Below, one piece after another: positions 13,701 to 26,564 of a DNA stretch of 64,000 nt; the stretch's first letter is position 1, and every line of letters begins with the position of its first letter. Source of the stretch: Hamiltosporidium tvaerminnensis FI-OER-3-3 (Eukaryota; Fungi; Microsporidia); assembly GCA_022605425.2 (NCBI GenBank), contig JAKIMF020000013.1:124001-188000 (forward strand). The letters are read 5' to 3'. A program made the position numbers and the translations under genes. A model generated the notes under the pieces. The model did not search any database, had not been told where the DNA came from, and saw only the letters and a list, made by a program, of their open reading frames with translations.

Positions 13701-14553
13701 GGGAGCAGATGGTGTGTGTCAACATTGCGGGAAGTCTGGTAAGACTGTAGATCATCTAGCAACTAGATGTGAAAAAATGCTAGGGAATACCTACATCAAA
13801 CGGCATAATGAAGTGGTCAGATGCCTACACCTTCTTCTTCTAAATAGATATAAGTTTAAGTCTCCAAAACGAATAAGGAGCCACTCAGTTCAAGAAATTC
13901 TTGATAATGAGTATGCAGAGATAAGAGTGGACACCAGAATTAAAACTGATGTTAAAATTCGGAATAACAGACCGGACATATTTATTTTAGATAAGAAGAA
14001 GAATAAGATAACACTCATTGAAGTAGGAATCACTTCCCAAGATTCACTTCAAATAGTTGAAACTGAAAAACTTAGGAAGTATGACCTGTTAGCCAATGAT
14101 TTGGGTCCTATTTATAAGTGTAGTGTTGAGATAATCCCTTATGTGATGACCTGGGACGGTTTTGTGACAAAATACCATAAATCTCATCTTAAAAGACTAG
14201 AAATACCCATGAATGTAGAGGCATACATTCAGTCTATAGTACTTAAGAAAACAGTCGAAACTATTTCCTTTGATCGACGAAGAGGGCTTGAGTCAGGACT
14301 AAATGCCGAAGAGAGCTGGGAGAGAGCGTCAATGGGTGTTATTATGAGATCAGAGATGCATGAGGAACCAACACCCCCTTTAAAAGAAGCGAAAAGAGAG
14401 GAAGATGGTGTTAAAATTTTAAAACCAAAAAATAATACACCCCTTATTTCACAAGGAGGAACCACTCTGGAGGAACCGACCAATAACATAAATGAAGAGT
14501 CGGATTTGGAAGAAGAAACAATAGTGGTTAAAGAGGTAGAAGAAAACATATAA
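10793..14553 (+). pseudogene. LINE RT-REL polyprotein, disrupted
   Basis: Single ORF broken by one frameshift (~11310) and in-frame stops at 11929, 13057 and 13525. Confidence 0.9.
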
Positions 14554-14592
14554 AAATGTTAAAATATTTTAACCCAGAATTTTATTAAATAA
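10793..14592 (+). mobile_element. Near full-length non-LTR retrotransposon with RT and C-terminal restriction-like endonuclease (R4/Dong/R2-type), inactivated
   Basis: RT motifs NWKAAGIDG, YRPITC, WIDVKKAYD, GILQGDSL, FIDD. CxxC..H..C knuckle, RHNEV, and RPDI...LIEV nuclease motif. 12-bp direct repeats attaaaaaccaa at 10781-10792 and 14593-14604. Confidence 0.95.
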
Positions 14593-14622
14593 ATTAAAAA
14601 CCAACCCTTTCTAAAAATAGAA

Positions 14623-16277
14623 ATGCAATATTTATATTATCTTAGATCAATTAAGATTATATTTCACGTTCTAAATTTATGCAATATCTTCTGTTCGATG
14701 CAGCAAATGAATGGTGATTCAAGTTTTTTTAATAAATATAATATGGATGTAGATATAAGTCACGATACAAAAAAAAAACGATTATTCGAATATGACTTTC
14801 GATTCTTCTAGAACCAAAGAAGGTATTAATCGAGAATTTGATGACATAAAACTTAAAATTTGTGGAGAATGTTGTGATATTTATCAAAATCCAAGAATAT
14901 TCAGTAAATGTTTTGTAGAAGAAAAATGTATTGCATGTAACAAAACAGAAAGAGTGTGTTTAAAGCATTTACTGGTATTTCATTCACCGAAGACCGAATT
15001 ACTGTTCAAACATGAAGCAGCCAAATCTTCAAAAAACGAATCAAAGGCTTCCGATGATATGCCTTTTGTTTACAATATTACGTGTAGATCTGATTCTGAA
15101 ATGTATCTTTTTTTTCATATTTTTTAAATAAAAGTCAAAAACTCAAAGATTTACTTAAAAAAATCCAAACATGCCAATTACTTTCGAAGAACTGAAACTT
15201 CTAAATCCTTCTCTGTTAAATGCACTTATTGAAATAATTAGAATAATCCAAATAGAAAACTTTGATTTCGTTATATACGAAAAAGAATTGACTTTTAAAC
15301 ATATGACTGTCAATAAAACATTAAATAACAACTTATTATCTACAGAATTATATGTGAATATAATAGTTTCTTCTTTTGAGGAATTTGATCTAAACAAATT
15401 TAGAGAAATTTTAAATGAAATTTCATATTTTCTATATGAAATCGAAAGTGATTGGATGGATTGGGGCAAGGAAGAACGACTGATACGAAAAAAAATCGAA
15501 AATTTTTTAAATCATATAAATTCGAATATAGAAACCGATTTTTTTCTAAAAATCAGAACTTTTATTCATTCAATTCATTATGATATTTTTTTATCAAATC
15601 GAAAACAAGAAAGGTTAGTTGAAAAGTACGTTTTGCTTAGTTCACTTATGGCTTGTGAATCCATTTACATAAGAAATCATTATAATTATGATTCGCTAAC
15701 TAACCAAGATTGTCAAATGGACATTAAAAACAATAAACTTGATCTAGCAAAAAAATTAAATGAAATTATGTTTAGAATAATATCATGCGTAACCTATGAT
15801 ACAAGTTATTATATTTCATTTAACTTATTAGCATATATTTTAAATGATTTAACAGATATAATATATAAAGAACAAAACGAAGAATTGAGAATTGCATGCG
15901 AAATAATCAAAGATTTTCATTTGATGTTTTTTTCTCTTCCAAGAATATTTATTGAGAAGTTTACCAATTTAACCGAAATAATTATTTATATGATTATCAT
16001 TGCACACAGAGAAAATACATTCAAATTTGGTTTCAAAAATTATTTTAATGATAATTTTTGTCGTTTATCGCTAAAATACTGCTACGATTCAGTTATCGCT
16101 GGCTATATTTCCTTTCTTACCAATTGTAAACTTTTAGTTCATATAAAACAAACTGATTCAGATAATATCACATTAAAATATAAAATTGCTCTAAAGATAT
16201 TAAATGACAAAATTAAAAACGCAAATATTATCATATTAAACAATACAAAATATATAAAAATCTATAAAGATAAATAG
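14623..16277 (+). pseudogene. Lineage-specific secreted-type protein split by frameshifts at homopolymers
   Basis: CCC motif at 14605 then ATG with a signal-peptide-like N-terminus (IIFHVLNLCNIFCS). ORFs 14623-14811, 14792-15127 and 15171-16277 shift near A and T runs, so this may be an assembly error in an intact gene. Confidence 0.55.
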
Positions 16278-16350
16278 CGCGAGGTATTTCGAAGTATAAA
16301 AGAATACATTAACTCTAATTTTCAGTGTATTCGTTCTATAAATATTGGAA

Positions 16351-16471
16351 TGTGACGAGTCAGGGCCACGTTGAAGTAAATTATGAAAAGATTTTCTTAA
16401 TAAAAATAATATTTTAACGTCTAATTCTACTTGTAGAGCCTAAGCTGTTTGTATTTCCTAAACTTGTCACA
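16351..16471 (+). repeat. Possible short solo LTR
   Basis: tgtgacgagt...acttgtcaca (TG..CA, 9/10 inverted match) with internal AATAAA. Its 3' part is imperfectly repeated at 16472-16560. No TSD seen. Confidence 0.3.
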
Positions 16472-16696
16472 TTTCTTAATAAAAATTATATTTTCACTCT
16501 ATTTTAACGCCTAGTTCTACATGTAGAACATAAACAGCACGGATTTCCTAACCTTTTCAGATTTTTTAGCAATGCTTGCCACCTACTATTTTCAGATGGC
16601 TTAATTTTTTCAATATCTATTTTTTTTTAGGCTCATACATTCTATTTGTTTTAATATCCAAAATAAACTAAAAATAAATATAGGCATCATAAACTT

Positions 16697-17424
16697 CTTT
16701 ATTTAAAAATACCACATCTTTTTTAAAATAGTGGCAAGTGTTATATTTGTTTTCATGACGTTAACGCAGTTCTAGGTTTAACATAAATAACTGCTACCCC
16801 AAAACTCCAGCAGTAACCCCTGCGATACCGCCGTCCCAAAGCCTTTCATCTACCAGGTGTGTAGAACCTAATTACTAAGCGAGGCAGTTGCCCGGAGTTC
16901 GTTAATGTCCGTTGCATGGAGTGTGATCGAAGGCCGAAGCCCCCCCTGGGCTCCCCCAAGACTATGCAGCATTCCCACTTACTCTACACTTTGTGAACCC
17001 AATAAACTTCTTGCTAAGGTATATTTCAGAGACTTACATGGGGTCCACCTAGACAGCGCAATGTCATACCAACAGGTATAACCTGCTACTTAGCTCTCCC
17101 GGCTTTAAATGGTTTTTATTTTTATATATCCCAGGCGCTAAGTCTTCTAACCCGAGTGAGCAAGGCTAGGTTTCTATGCTTTTACATGGCAATTACCTAC
17201 ATGTTTAGCTGGGTTCTGCAATCTGGTTACATAAAAAACTACAAATAAATTTGTAGAAAAAGTTTCTCCATTTCTTAGACCTCTCCTCCTCATAACAACT
17301 CCCATGGAACAACCGAAGATGTAGTGTGGTTGTATTCCCACAAAAAATCCAAACAATGATCTCACACCAGTTTCACAACTCATCGCCAAGCAGAAAGTTT
17401 TTTATGTGGTTATCCACCCTCCAC
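16697..17424 (-). mobile_element. Non-coding SINE-like retroelement, full-length copy 1
   Basis: About 95% identical by eye to 31258-31989. Flanked by 14-bp TSD ggcatcataaactt (16683-16696 / 17425-17438). Minus strand ends at aaataaag. Confidence 0.9.
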
Positions 17425-18396
17425 GGCATCATAAACTTATAAATATATATTTTTATTTTTGCTTGAATTGTATCTTGATTGTAAACATTGTATATTTGTT
17501 TTTCTATATTGATTTCGTTTTTGTATTTTAAATCGATAACTGTCTTGCTTTTCTATCTCTTATCAATATATACATGGCCTTTATATTTATTTACATACTC
17601 TTTTTCACAAAAAATTCCTAGTAGAAGAATCGTTTGAATTAAAAATCACAGGTCGGTCTATAATTATTTAAGAGGCGCATGCTAAAGTTTATTTTCAGGT
17701 GATCCTGTCCTAAGGTTCTTTGTATAATGTAAAATAAGATATCTCTTAAAATACCAATTGCTCTCCAATGAAAAGCTTAATATTTCATTCGGTGTTTTAA
17801 ATTTATATTCATTCATATTTGTTATAATTCGCTTTTGTTTTCATGCCTATATTCTATTCCTTTCGAATTGTTTTTGCTATCTATCGATATCATTTTAGAT
17901 TTTGTTATTGCAGTATTTACAACTCCTTTTAACATTTTTTTTAAGAAAAAAAGTAAAATACGTTAGACATAAATATACTATAATTAAAATTTATTTTTTG
18001 TATTTCGCTATTTGGCTATTTTCTGTTTGTTGGAGGTATTATTAGTTTTTCCTTACAATAAGTTATAAAAAACATATACTTTAAGCACCAAACTGCATAA
18101 CGAGGCTATAAACAATAAAACAACTAATTTTTTCCCTTCAGAATCCTATGATTAGGTTTATTAATCAATGTCACGGGCAGATACACCCCATATTCCCTAT
18201 ATACCTACTTCTTTTATTTTGTAGCGATTTATAGAACCCCCGTTATTTTCAAGTATTTTACGTAATCCCATATAATTAAAAAAAGGAAGTGATTTTTTAT
18301 CTAACTTTAATTGGGGATCCGCTTTAAAAAATGCTTGTATAGTTTTAACTTGAATCGCCTGCCAAAAAAAATATTTCAAGTTTGCCAGAATAAAAA

Positions 18397-18573
18397 TAAA
18401 AACTTTGATGATAATACTTGCATAAAAATGCTTATTATAATTGCAATGTAAACTAAATTAAATCTCTTTTTTTTACGTCTCTAAAAACTTTGATGATAAT
18501 ACTGGAATAAAAATGCTTATTATAATTGCAATTAAACTAAATTAAATCCGTTTTATTCGTCTCTTAAAACTTT
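18397..18573. repeat. ~85-bp direct repeat x2 inside the Ginger-like element
   Basis: taaaaactttgatgataatact...cgtctc at 18397 and 18482. Confidence 0.85.
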
Positions 18574-18699
18574 TCTTGTGTCACCGTCATTGTTTTTTAC
18601 TTCAATCATATGTTCATCAAAATAGCTATAACTTTAAAAACAGAATTATCGTAAAAAAGTCAAAGGACACTTTTTTAGTTTTAGTATTCATACCTAATC

Positions 18700-19907
18700 T
18701 TGTTTTTTATCAAAACTTGATTTCAACTTGAAAAATCTCTCTTGCTTCTATTTGAATTGTTGCTTTCCATAATTTTTTCTCTATAGTTTTTAAAATGCTT
18801 AGGCATCCGTACGAATCTTACTATCACTTCTGAGATCATCAGCTATTATAGCGGTTGTGGTGTTAACCGTTTCAGTAAAATCTTCATGTACATCCGAAGC
18901 GATTTTCAGGATCTATTGTGTATCCGCTGTATTTTCTTCGATCAAAACTATATCAGGATCTATATCAATTGCAGACACCATCGTACTGGCTTCGTTTTAC
19001 ACTATTATGCTTTTAGAAAGTGTATTGTTAAAACCTGGTTGTCTGAAAAAAGGCATAAATAGAGATTTGTTCGTTGCGCCATGTATTGTTCTGGTATAGG
19101 CATAAAAAAAATTATTAAGATGTTCCATCCACCTTCTTCCATCTGTGTCCTGAAATTTCTTCCCTAGCCATCATTTTATGGTTTGATTTACACGTTCCAC
19201 TTGACCTTGCGCCTTTAGATTGCGTGGTCTTCCATGTATAATTTTGATGTTAAGATCTGTTAAAAAGGCTTCAGTAGTGTGTTTTTAAACTCTCGACTGT
19301 TATCGGATTGTATTTCCGCCGGGACACCGAAGTTTTCAAAAAAAAAATAAATGAATCTCTTACTAATTCCGAAGTTTTATTAATTAGCTTAAAGCTCTAG
19401 AGATCTTTTGTGTATGTATCGATTACATTAAGAATCCAGCTATATTGATCATTTTAATCACTGTATCTCCTGAGATCTACACAATCCATCATAAAAAGAT
19501 CATATTTCCTGGTAATATGATTTATATATATTAGCTGTATTGTTTTCAGAGAATCAAATCTGCTACAGGCTTCACATTCTTTCACATACTCTTTTATGTA
19601 TGCCCTGGGGATCCCATTGTATTATTTTACATCAAAGCCATCATTTTATTCACTTCGAAGTGTGGCACAGCATGCCCTGTTTGAATAATTTGTTTAATCA
19701 AGGCAGTTTCAAATCCAAAAACGGCTCTTATTAGATGATCGCGCCTTATAAAACAAATATCATCTCCGAACAAAGTAAATTTTCTGCCTTCTGCCTAAAC
19801 AACCTCATTTCTTCTTTGGAATACTCAGCTGGATACTGATTGGGTTTTAAATATGGTGTAATATTTTCTTTTTTTTGCCTATTTTTACAATTTAGAATCT
19901 TTGGCAT
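18700..19907 (-). pseudogene. DDE integrase/transposase (rve-type) with HHCC zinc finger
   Basis: Manual translation gives MPKILNCKNR...YPAEYSK, H-x3-H...CEAC, MMDCVD, FGVPAEIQSDNSREF, IIHGRPRNLKAQGQVERVNQTIK. Multiple stops and frameshifts. 3' limit approximate. Confidence 0.85.
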
Positions 19908-19945
19908 TTTGGTTACATTATGTTCTTATATATGTATAAACTGAA

Positions 19946-20430
19946 ATTTATTCAATAAAATTCTGGGTTAACAAATTTTTCTCTTTTCTAAATAATTCTT
20001 TCCACCATTTCAACCACTTCTATCTCTTCCTCCAACTCCAACACTTCATTTGTATTAGTTGTTGGTTCCTTTGCAGTGGTTATGCCATCCAAAATGAGGG
20101 TAGCATATTTTTTGTATTTTCCGTTTTAACATCATCTTCCTGTTGTCTACTTGCTTTAAAGGGGGTATTGGTTGTTTATGCATCTCAGCTACTAAAATAA
20201 CACTTAATGATACTCTCCCAACTCTCTTCGGCATTTGGTCCAGACACAAGTCCTCTTCGTCGATCAAAAGAAATTGTTTCGATTGTCTTTTTGAGTACTA
20301 TGGATTGTATATATGCCTCTACATTCATGGGTATTTGTAGTCTCTTCACATACGTCTTATGGTATTTTGTCACAATACCGTCCCAGGTCATCACATAAGG
20401 AATTATCTCTACATTGCATTTATAAATAAG
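19946..20430 (-). mobile_element. 5'-truncated LINE insertion within the Ginger-like element
   Basis: Encodes LIYKCNVEIIPYVMTWDG...ISFDRRRG. 3' end aacccagaattttattgaataaat. 13-bp TSD tgtataaactgaa at 19933-19945 and 20431-20443. Confidence 0.92.
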
Positions 20431-20844
20431 TGTATAAACTGAATACTTAGAAAAAAAACAAATAATATAAAAGTTTAAAATAAATGTATATACAATTTTA
20501 TGTTGTTTAGTGCCAGTATCAACTTCTACAACAAAATTTTGCCTTACAAATACTAAAAAATGCAAATAACTGAAAAAAAATATAAATTTTATTGGATATT
20601 TTATTCATAATTAGCACATCCTATTTGTTTATACAAAAGACATGTTAAAAAAGGATGGATAAGAAATATTGGAAAGGAAACTCAAACAAGAAGGTTTATA
20701 CGAATAAAGGGAATAAATGCGTTATAAGGATATAGAAATTAAAAGGCTATATGAAAAAATAAAGGGTGTTATCTAGATTAAAAATGTACAGGAAATAACG
20801 AGGTTCTATTGGTCATGGGGGGTTATTGGCCTGTGACATTGAAT

Positions 20845-21137
20845 ATGCCGAAGAGAGCTGCGAAATAGCGTCAATGGGTGTTATTAAGAGAGCAGAGATG
20901 CACGAGGAACAAGCAATCTTTTAAAACAGGCGATTAATAAAAAACATCTTGTTAAACATGTTAAAACAAAAAATATGCAAACCCTGTTTCTTGATGGAGG
21001 AACTATATTAGAAGAACTGACACAATGAACATAAATACAATGTCGGATTTAAAAGAAAAAAAAGATAGTGTTACAGCTTATAGAAGAATGTATATAAAAG
21101 TGTAGAAATGGTTCTGACTCTCGATATTATCAATAGA
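20845..21137 (+). mobile_element. Older 5'-truncated LINE 3' fragment
   Basis: atgccgaagagagctg...gcgtcaatgggtgttatt aligns with 14303-14592. Confidence 0.8.
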
Positions 21138-22579
21138 AAGTCATCTTTAAATCATGTTTCTTTTTTTGGAAAAACATAAGAAGTTTCTATTGGCTTAAAC
21201 TGCCTGAATTCATTGTATGTAAATAATCAAATTACTGTTTGATCAGGTTTCGTCAAATCTGTTAAGATTTAAATTTTAAGCACCAAAAAATTTCGCATGT
21301 TTTTTTTTATTTTGTTTCCTCCTCTTTTTTTTTGATATTCTTCCTTATTAAAGGGCAAGCATTGAATCAAAGTTATATTAAGATTAAATTAACAGAAAGT
21401 CGTTAAATATTTTAATTATTTTTTACTTTGCTTGCGATAAGTAATTTTAATTACTTTTTTTTGATTTGATCTTTTTAGATTTAAGTATAAAAAAATCAAG
21501 AAATGATGAAATAAATATAAAGAATAAATATAAACGAAAATACTTCGATGATAAAAAATTATTGATTAATTAATTTTTATTCTCACAAGATGTAATTTCA
21601 AAATACTCCTATCATTTCTTATTGAAAAAATTAGCTGTTTTTCAGGAAAGAAATTTGTAGTATTCTACCACATAATTTTAGGTTATTGGATTCCGTTATA
21701 AATATAAAATTATTTTTATATAGACACCCCAATTAAGGAAGAAAAGAAAACTAAGAATTCGATCAATAAATTTTATAAACCTTTCATGCATAATAACAAC
21801 TCTTTAGTTACACCTGCTAAAAACCCTTAAATTTAAATTATAGAGTTTGCCTCTAACAAAGATACCTTTAATATGAGGGCCTCGAGAGAGTTTATGGCAA
21901 TTATATATTTTTTCAAAATCAACATGGTCTAGCCGTTGAGAACGTCGGCAGAGCTTTCCCTTAACTCATGGGTGGAATCCAGCAGAGAGAAATATGCGCA
22001 TTATAAAAAACGAATTTAAATCTCAAAATATTCTTATCTGCAAATATTTCGATCTCGAGATGCCTTTAAATTATATCAATTTAGATTTTCTCAAGTTAGT
22101 CATACATTTTTTTGCAGTTCAAACTGTGCTATAAAGTATATTAAGGTCTTTGGTTTTATTGTTCGATTTTGAATTTCTTTCATATTAAGACCAGATTTCT
22201 GATTCGGAAAATTCATCAGAAAAAATTTCCCTTTGTGGTCAAGTATAATTATGCACGCATCTGTTTCGCCTCAAAACCAGATAACTAAAAGATTTTAACA
22301 AAAATCCCACGTATTTTGTTATAGGCGAATGTAAAAGAGATGCGCTTGATCTTGTCATATGTAAGTTATAGTAAAAGAGGCTAGGGATCTTAATATACCG
22401 CAAAGCCATTAAATAGTAAGTAAATAATTATGTTTGAGTTATAAGTAAGTGCCAGTGATTGTGGTAAATAATTTATTTGACTTAAAATTGCAACAAAATT
22501 AAATATAAAAAATAAAAAAATTTAGTGGTACTTTATTTGTTTAATTAAACTCATCTTAAGCCTTTAAAATAATATTTTC

Positions 22580-25041
22580 TTATTCGGAAAGCATGTTATT
22601 CGTTACTGTTACGGTTTCTAAAGAGTTAGCAAATGTTATAAAACCATCTGTCCATAATTCTGCTTCAATATTACAAACTATAAATTTAAGATTTTTCAGT
22701 GAGGGCTGTATCATTAAAAAATTACAAATATCAGAATTTGCATTTGTAGAAACTAAAACTATGGTTTCTAAATTTAGAAATTTTAAATAACCGCATGTTT
22801 TTATGAAATCTGAACATAATTCTCCATCAAAAGAAACCGTCAAGTATTTAAGGTTACTAAGTAAGTATATTTGATAGATATCAAATTTTGTGAGATTATT
22901 TTTAGCCAATTCCAGTTTTTTAACTGAGATCTGTAGATTTATAGAGCCCAGAAATTCCAGCAACCCCGTCTCAAGATCACAATTGGATAAATTAAGCCTT
23001 TCTAACTGGCTAAATTGACTGGAAAATGTACTAAAACTTCTAGATAACATATTTCTAGATAAATCGATTTCAATTAGATAAAGTTTAAACCCACAATCGC
23101 AATAAAAATTCTCCATTGAAATGTTTTTTAAATTCGAAAAATTCAAATATTCTAGAACTTTAAAATTTTTTAAACTATGAATTATTTCCAATTGCATTTC
23201 ATTACCCGCCAAACTTATTTCCTTGGTGCCAAAATGCAAAGATGGCTGATTTGAAATTTGGATTAATTTCCTCGAATCATCGAAGAATTCCAACAAGAGA
23301 ACGTCGGAAGTTGTATTCATCGTAAAAATATTCAACTGAGTATCATCTAAATTGCATCCTGAAAGATCTTATATGCGAAAAGATTTCTGTTGAATTACAG
23401 GCTTAAATTTTTTTTTGTAATTGAATTATTAACACCTTTCTCATACTCATTTCTTCTAAATTATTATTTTAGATTATAGCATCAAGAATTTTGTAATTCA
23501 ACCATGAATAATCTATCTTAAACTTTTCAATGTTTTAAGCTGTTTAAAATTGAATTTATAAGGTTTTCCAACATACTTGCAACAAGAAAGATCTAATATC
23601 TCTATTTTAGTAATCTTTAAATTTTCAAAAAACGCATTTGTTAATTTAAAACCAATAATTCGCAATATTTTCAAATTTTGAAATTTAAATTGAGTTTATT
23701 CAAAAACTGATGGTAATCATTATATTGACATTTCACGAAAATTAAACACTCTAGTTTTTTTAAATTTCGTAAATAAAAAAAATCAAAAGATGGCAAATTA
23801 ACTCTTTCAAATTCAATAAATTTTATGTAATTCTTTTTTATTTTTTTTCTGGCTTCAAAAACAGAGGAAAAATGTGTTTTAACATCATTAATACAAGAAT
23901 CGCTTTTTAAAAAATCGTACGCAGTATCCGAATCTTTATGCTCGGAATAGTATTTACCATCAGCTGATATTCTTTTCCGCATAATGTATAACAATTAAGC
24001 AATTTCAGTAAATTTTTTTTTTAATAACGGTATTAGCTTCTTTTATAATATTTTGAGCTGTTGGCGTGGTTCGAATTACTATTTCTTTACTAGAATTTAA
24101 TCCAACAAAATCGCAGTTTTTATTTAGTTTATTCATTAGAAAAAGCAATTCTTTTGAGTTTGAATCAAAATATATATAGATTGAATCATAGAGGACAGCT
24201 AGAAACGGCAAAATTTATTTTCTATATTTAGAAAATTCTGATTCTGGTTTACGAAAAACATTAAAATAAGATCTATCTGCCACATACGAAAATAGAAATG
24301 GAAGTAAATTTTTATAAAATATATATATCGCATCAGATTCCGAGTAACAAGAAAGATCATAAAAAAACCAAATAAAATCTAAAAATTGTTCGTTTCTCAA
24401 ACCCGTAAAATCTATGTTCCAACTAGAATATAAAATATTTAAAAAGATTTTGCACATTAATTTATCGATATTGCTTCCTTTTATATCTTTAATATCAACA
24501 TATTTCTCTTCAAGATCGGATTTTTTATAACTATCAAAACACTTTGATTTGATTAGATAATTAACAGAATACCAAAAAATTATCAAATATATAATATTTT
24601 CCGGGGTTAATACTTTTTTATCTGCAGAACTGACTATACTGTAACTATTTTCACTAATTTGTAAAATATTTGTTTCGTTATACATCGTATTCTGACTTGA
24701 TTTGTAAAAATGTTATTTTTATAAGACATAGACTCTCCGTAACCTAATTCTAATCTTGGAAATTTATTATACTTATTATATCCCTTTTGAGACTCTGATT
24801 CTGAGAATTGGTTCATCTTGGAATTAAATAAATATTGATGTTTGGGGGGCAATAATGTTTCGCTATTGTGGTGTCTTTTTCTACTAGAGGGGTTTATAGA
24901 GGAATGTGATCCGGCTCGACTTGATATTGAGTTATCCAGATTATCTATATCTGTAAAATAAATCGTAATTCGAATATAGTTACTTGTTGCAAGTAATCCA
25001 GAAACAAAAAATAACGGAAAAAATAACAAAAATAAATACAT
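22580..25041 (-). pseudogene. Frameshifted leucine-rich-repeat protein with signal peptide
   Basis: MYLFLLFFPLFFVSGLLA at 25041. LRR units such as LERLNLSNCDL, VKKLELAKNNL, LIEIDLSRNML, LKILDLSCC. At least five consecutive minus-strand ORF pieces. Confidence 0.75.
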
Positions 25042-26564
25042 TCTAAATGTTCTTTGCTCTATTTTATCTCTGTTTGAAAAATCTTTTGATAAGAAGCACA
25101 ATATTTTATTATAAATTTTTAGGGGATTTTAATATAATTTTAATTTATATGATTATCTAGAATATTTGATTAGCAATAAATAGAGATATGAAACCGAAAC
25201 ACATTTGCTCTTTAAATCCAAGTCTATTATTAAAATCTAGCTCATGTTGCAGATAAAAAGCCTTTTTTACTAAATTGAACGCAAAATGAAAAGATTTCTT
25301 TCTATTTATAAATTTACAAATTGGGTTATAAATTGAAATTTTGAAGTAGTTAAACATGATACAGTGTTTCTTGATAGTTAATTCAGTGCAAGATATTTTC
25401 ATTCTATCGTATATTCTTATCTCTAAACATGATTCGCCATTTAACTATTTAACATATATGAAGTTACGTACGGTCTCCTTTTTCTTTATACAATGTTAAA
25501 TTGTAAATTTCAGACAATCTAGAATAAAAAAATAAATATTATAGTGCAGACTCTAAATATTTTACGTATTCGGCTAGATGAAACTTTTATAATTGGAAAT
25601 TGCGACCTAACCAATATATTAAATTATCAATAGAAACCATAAATTCAACCAAAGTTTTATAGAACCGAAATTATGCCGAGGAGAGTTGGAAATTATTCTT
25701 TATGATAAAAAAAACAGACTAATAGCACTCTAGAATAGAAATTTTTTGCTAAAATGGAACATGATTCTATTCTAAAGATTTCAAGTCAAATTTCACTTGG
25801 ATAACCTCTTTCATAAATATTTTTACATTTACCAATTGAATCTCTTAAAATGCTCGAAAATGAACTTACATCATTCTAGGACGAAATTATTCAATGGCAA
25901 CAACTATTCTTAAATTCACATCTGTTTCTTTTAAATAAATATAACTTAAGGTTTTCACCGGATTTAGAATCCTCTGCACAGGAAATTCTTTAAAATAAGT
26001 ATTTCGAAATAAGGATGCACACTTGTACAAAAACCAATACCAATTACCGTATAATAGACATAATATCTTTTTCGAAAATAAACTAAATATTACCACAGTT
26101 CAGGAGCGGCTAATTACTGTTTAAAATTTGTTTTGAATTGTTATAACGAAAAAAATCAAGGTGAAAATCTGCTATTATACGAATTAGGTTTTGTTTGGAA
26201 GTATAAAAGAGCGATAATCTTGCATCTGATAACAGCATCCATTTATTCCAATTAAATGCACTATAATCTAATTTGAGAAACCTCAAACATCCGTAAGAAT
26301 AGAGACATACATTCCATCGATGGTGCAGAAAGATCACGAACTTATACTTTGCTAGACAAGGATATTTGCAGTCAAGAATTAGTTTCAATGAATAGATTTA
26401 AAAGAGCGCCCATGTATATAATGAAAGAAGTAGAATTGAACGAACTAAGAATACAGAATGTCACGAAAAATCCAGAAATCTATGTTTTAATAAAATTATT
26501 TATAGATTGAAAATCGTAATTTAAAGTGTTTTAATGGGTATAAAAGAATTATTCTAAACATATA

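Larger units (their letters stand above)
18169..20838 (-). mobile_element. Ginger2/TDD-like DNA transposon (retroviral-type integrase, TGT...ACA TIRs), degenerate
   Basis: Termini tgtcacgggc / gcctgtgaca. Internal integrase relic, with no RT or gag nearby. Confidence 0.75.

Noticed and set aside
11097-14549. Antisense ORFs over the LINE and other short antisense ORFs over real genes
   Set aside because: Shadow ORFs of the coding strand with no independent support.
16500-16696. SINE copy 1 as a fourth promoter-targeted insertion
   Set aside because: The best candidate sense ATG (16640) is 56 nt away and opens only a short ORF. It is counted as an exception.
16810-17060. Twister-like (taacccc...gccgtcccaaagc) or group I intron R-like (tcagagactt) motifs in the SINE
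   Set aside because: Required partner strands are missing, the motifs are altered in copy 2, and they lie on the inferred antisense strand.
17174-17389. ORFs 17174-17389 and 31709-31942 as a protein family
   Set aside because: They lie inside the SINE-like repeat, start and stop positions differ between copies, and the frame is not kept in older copies.
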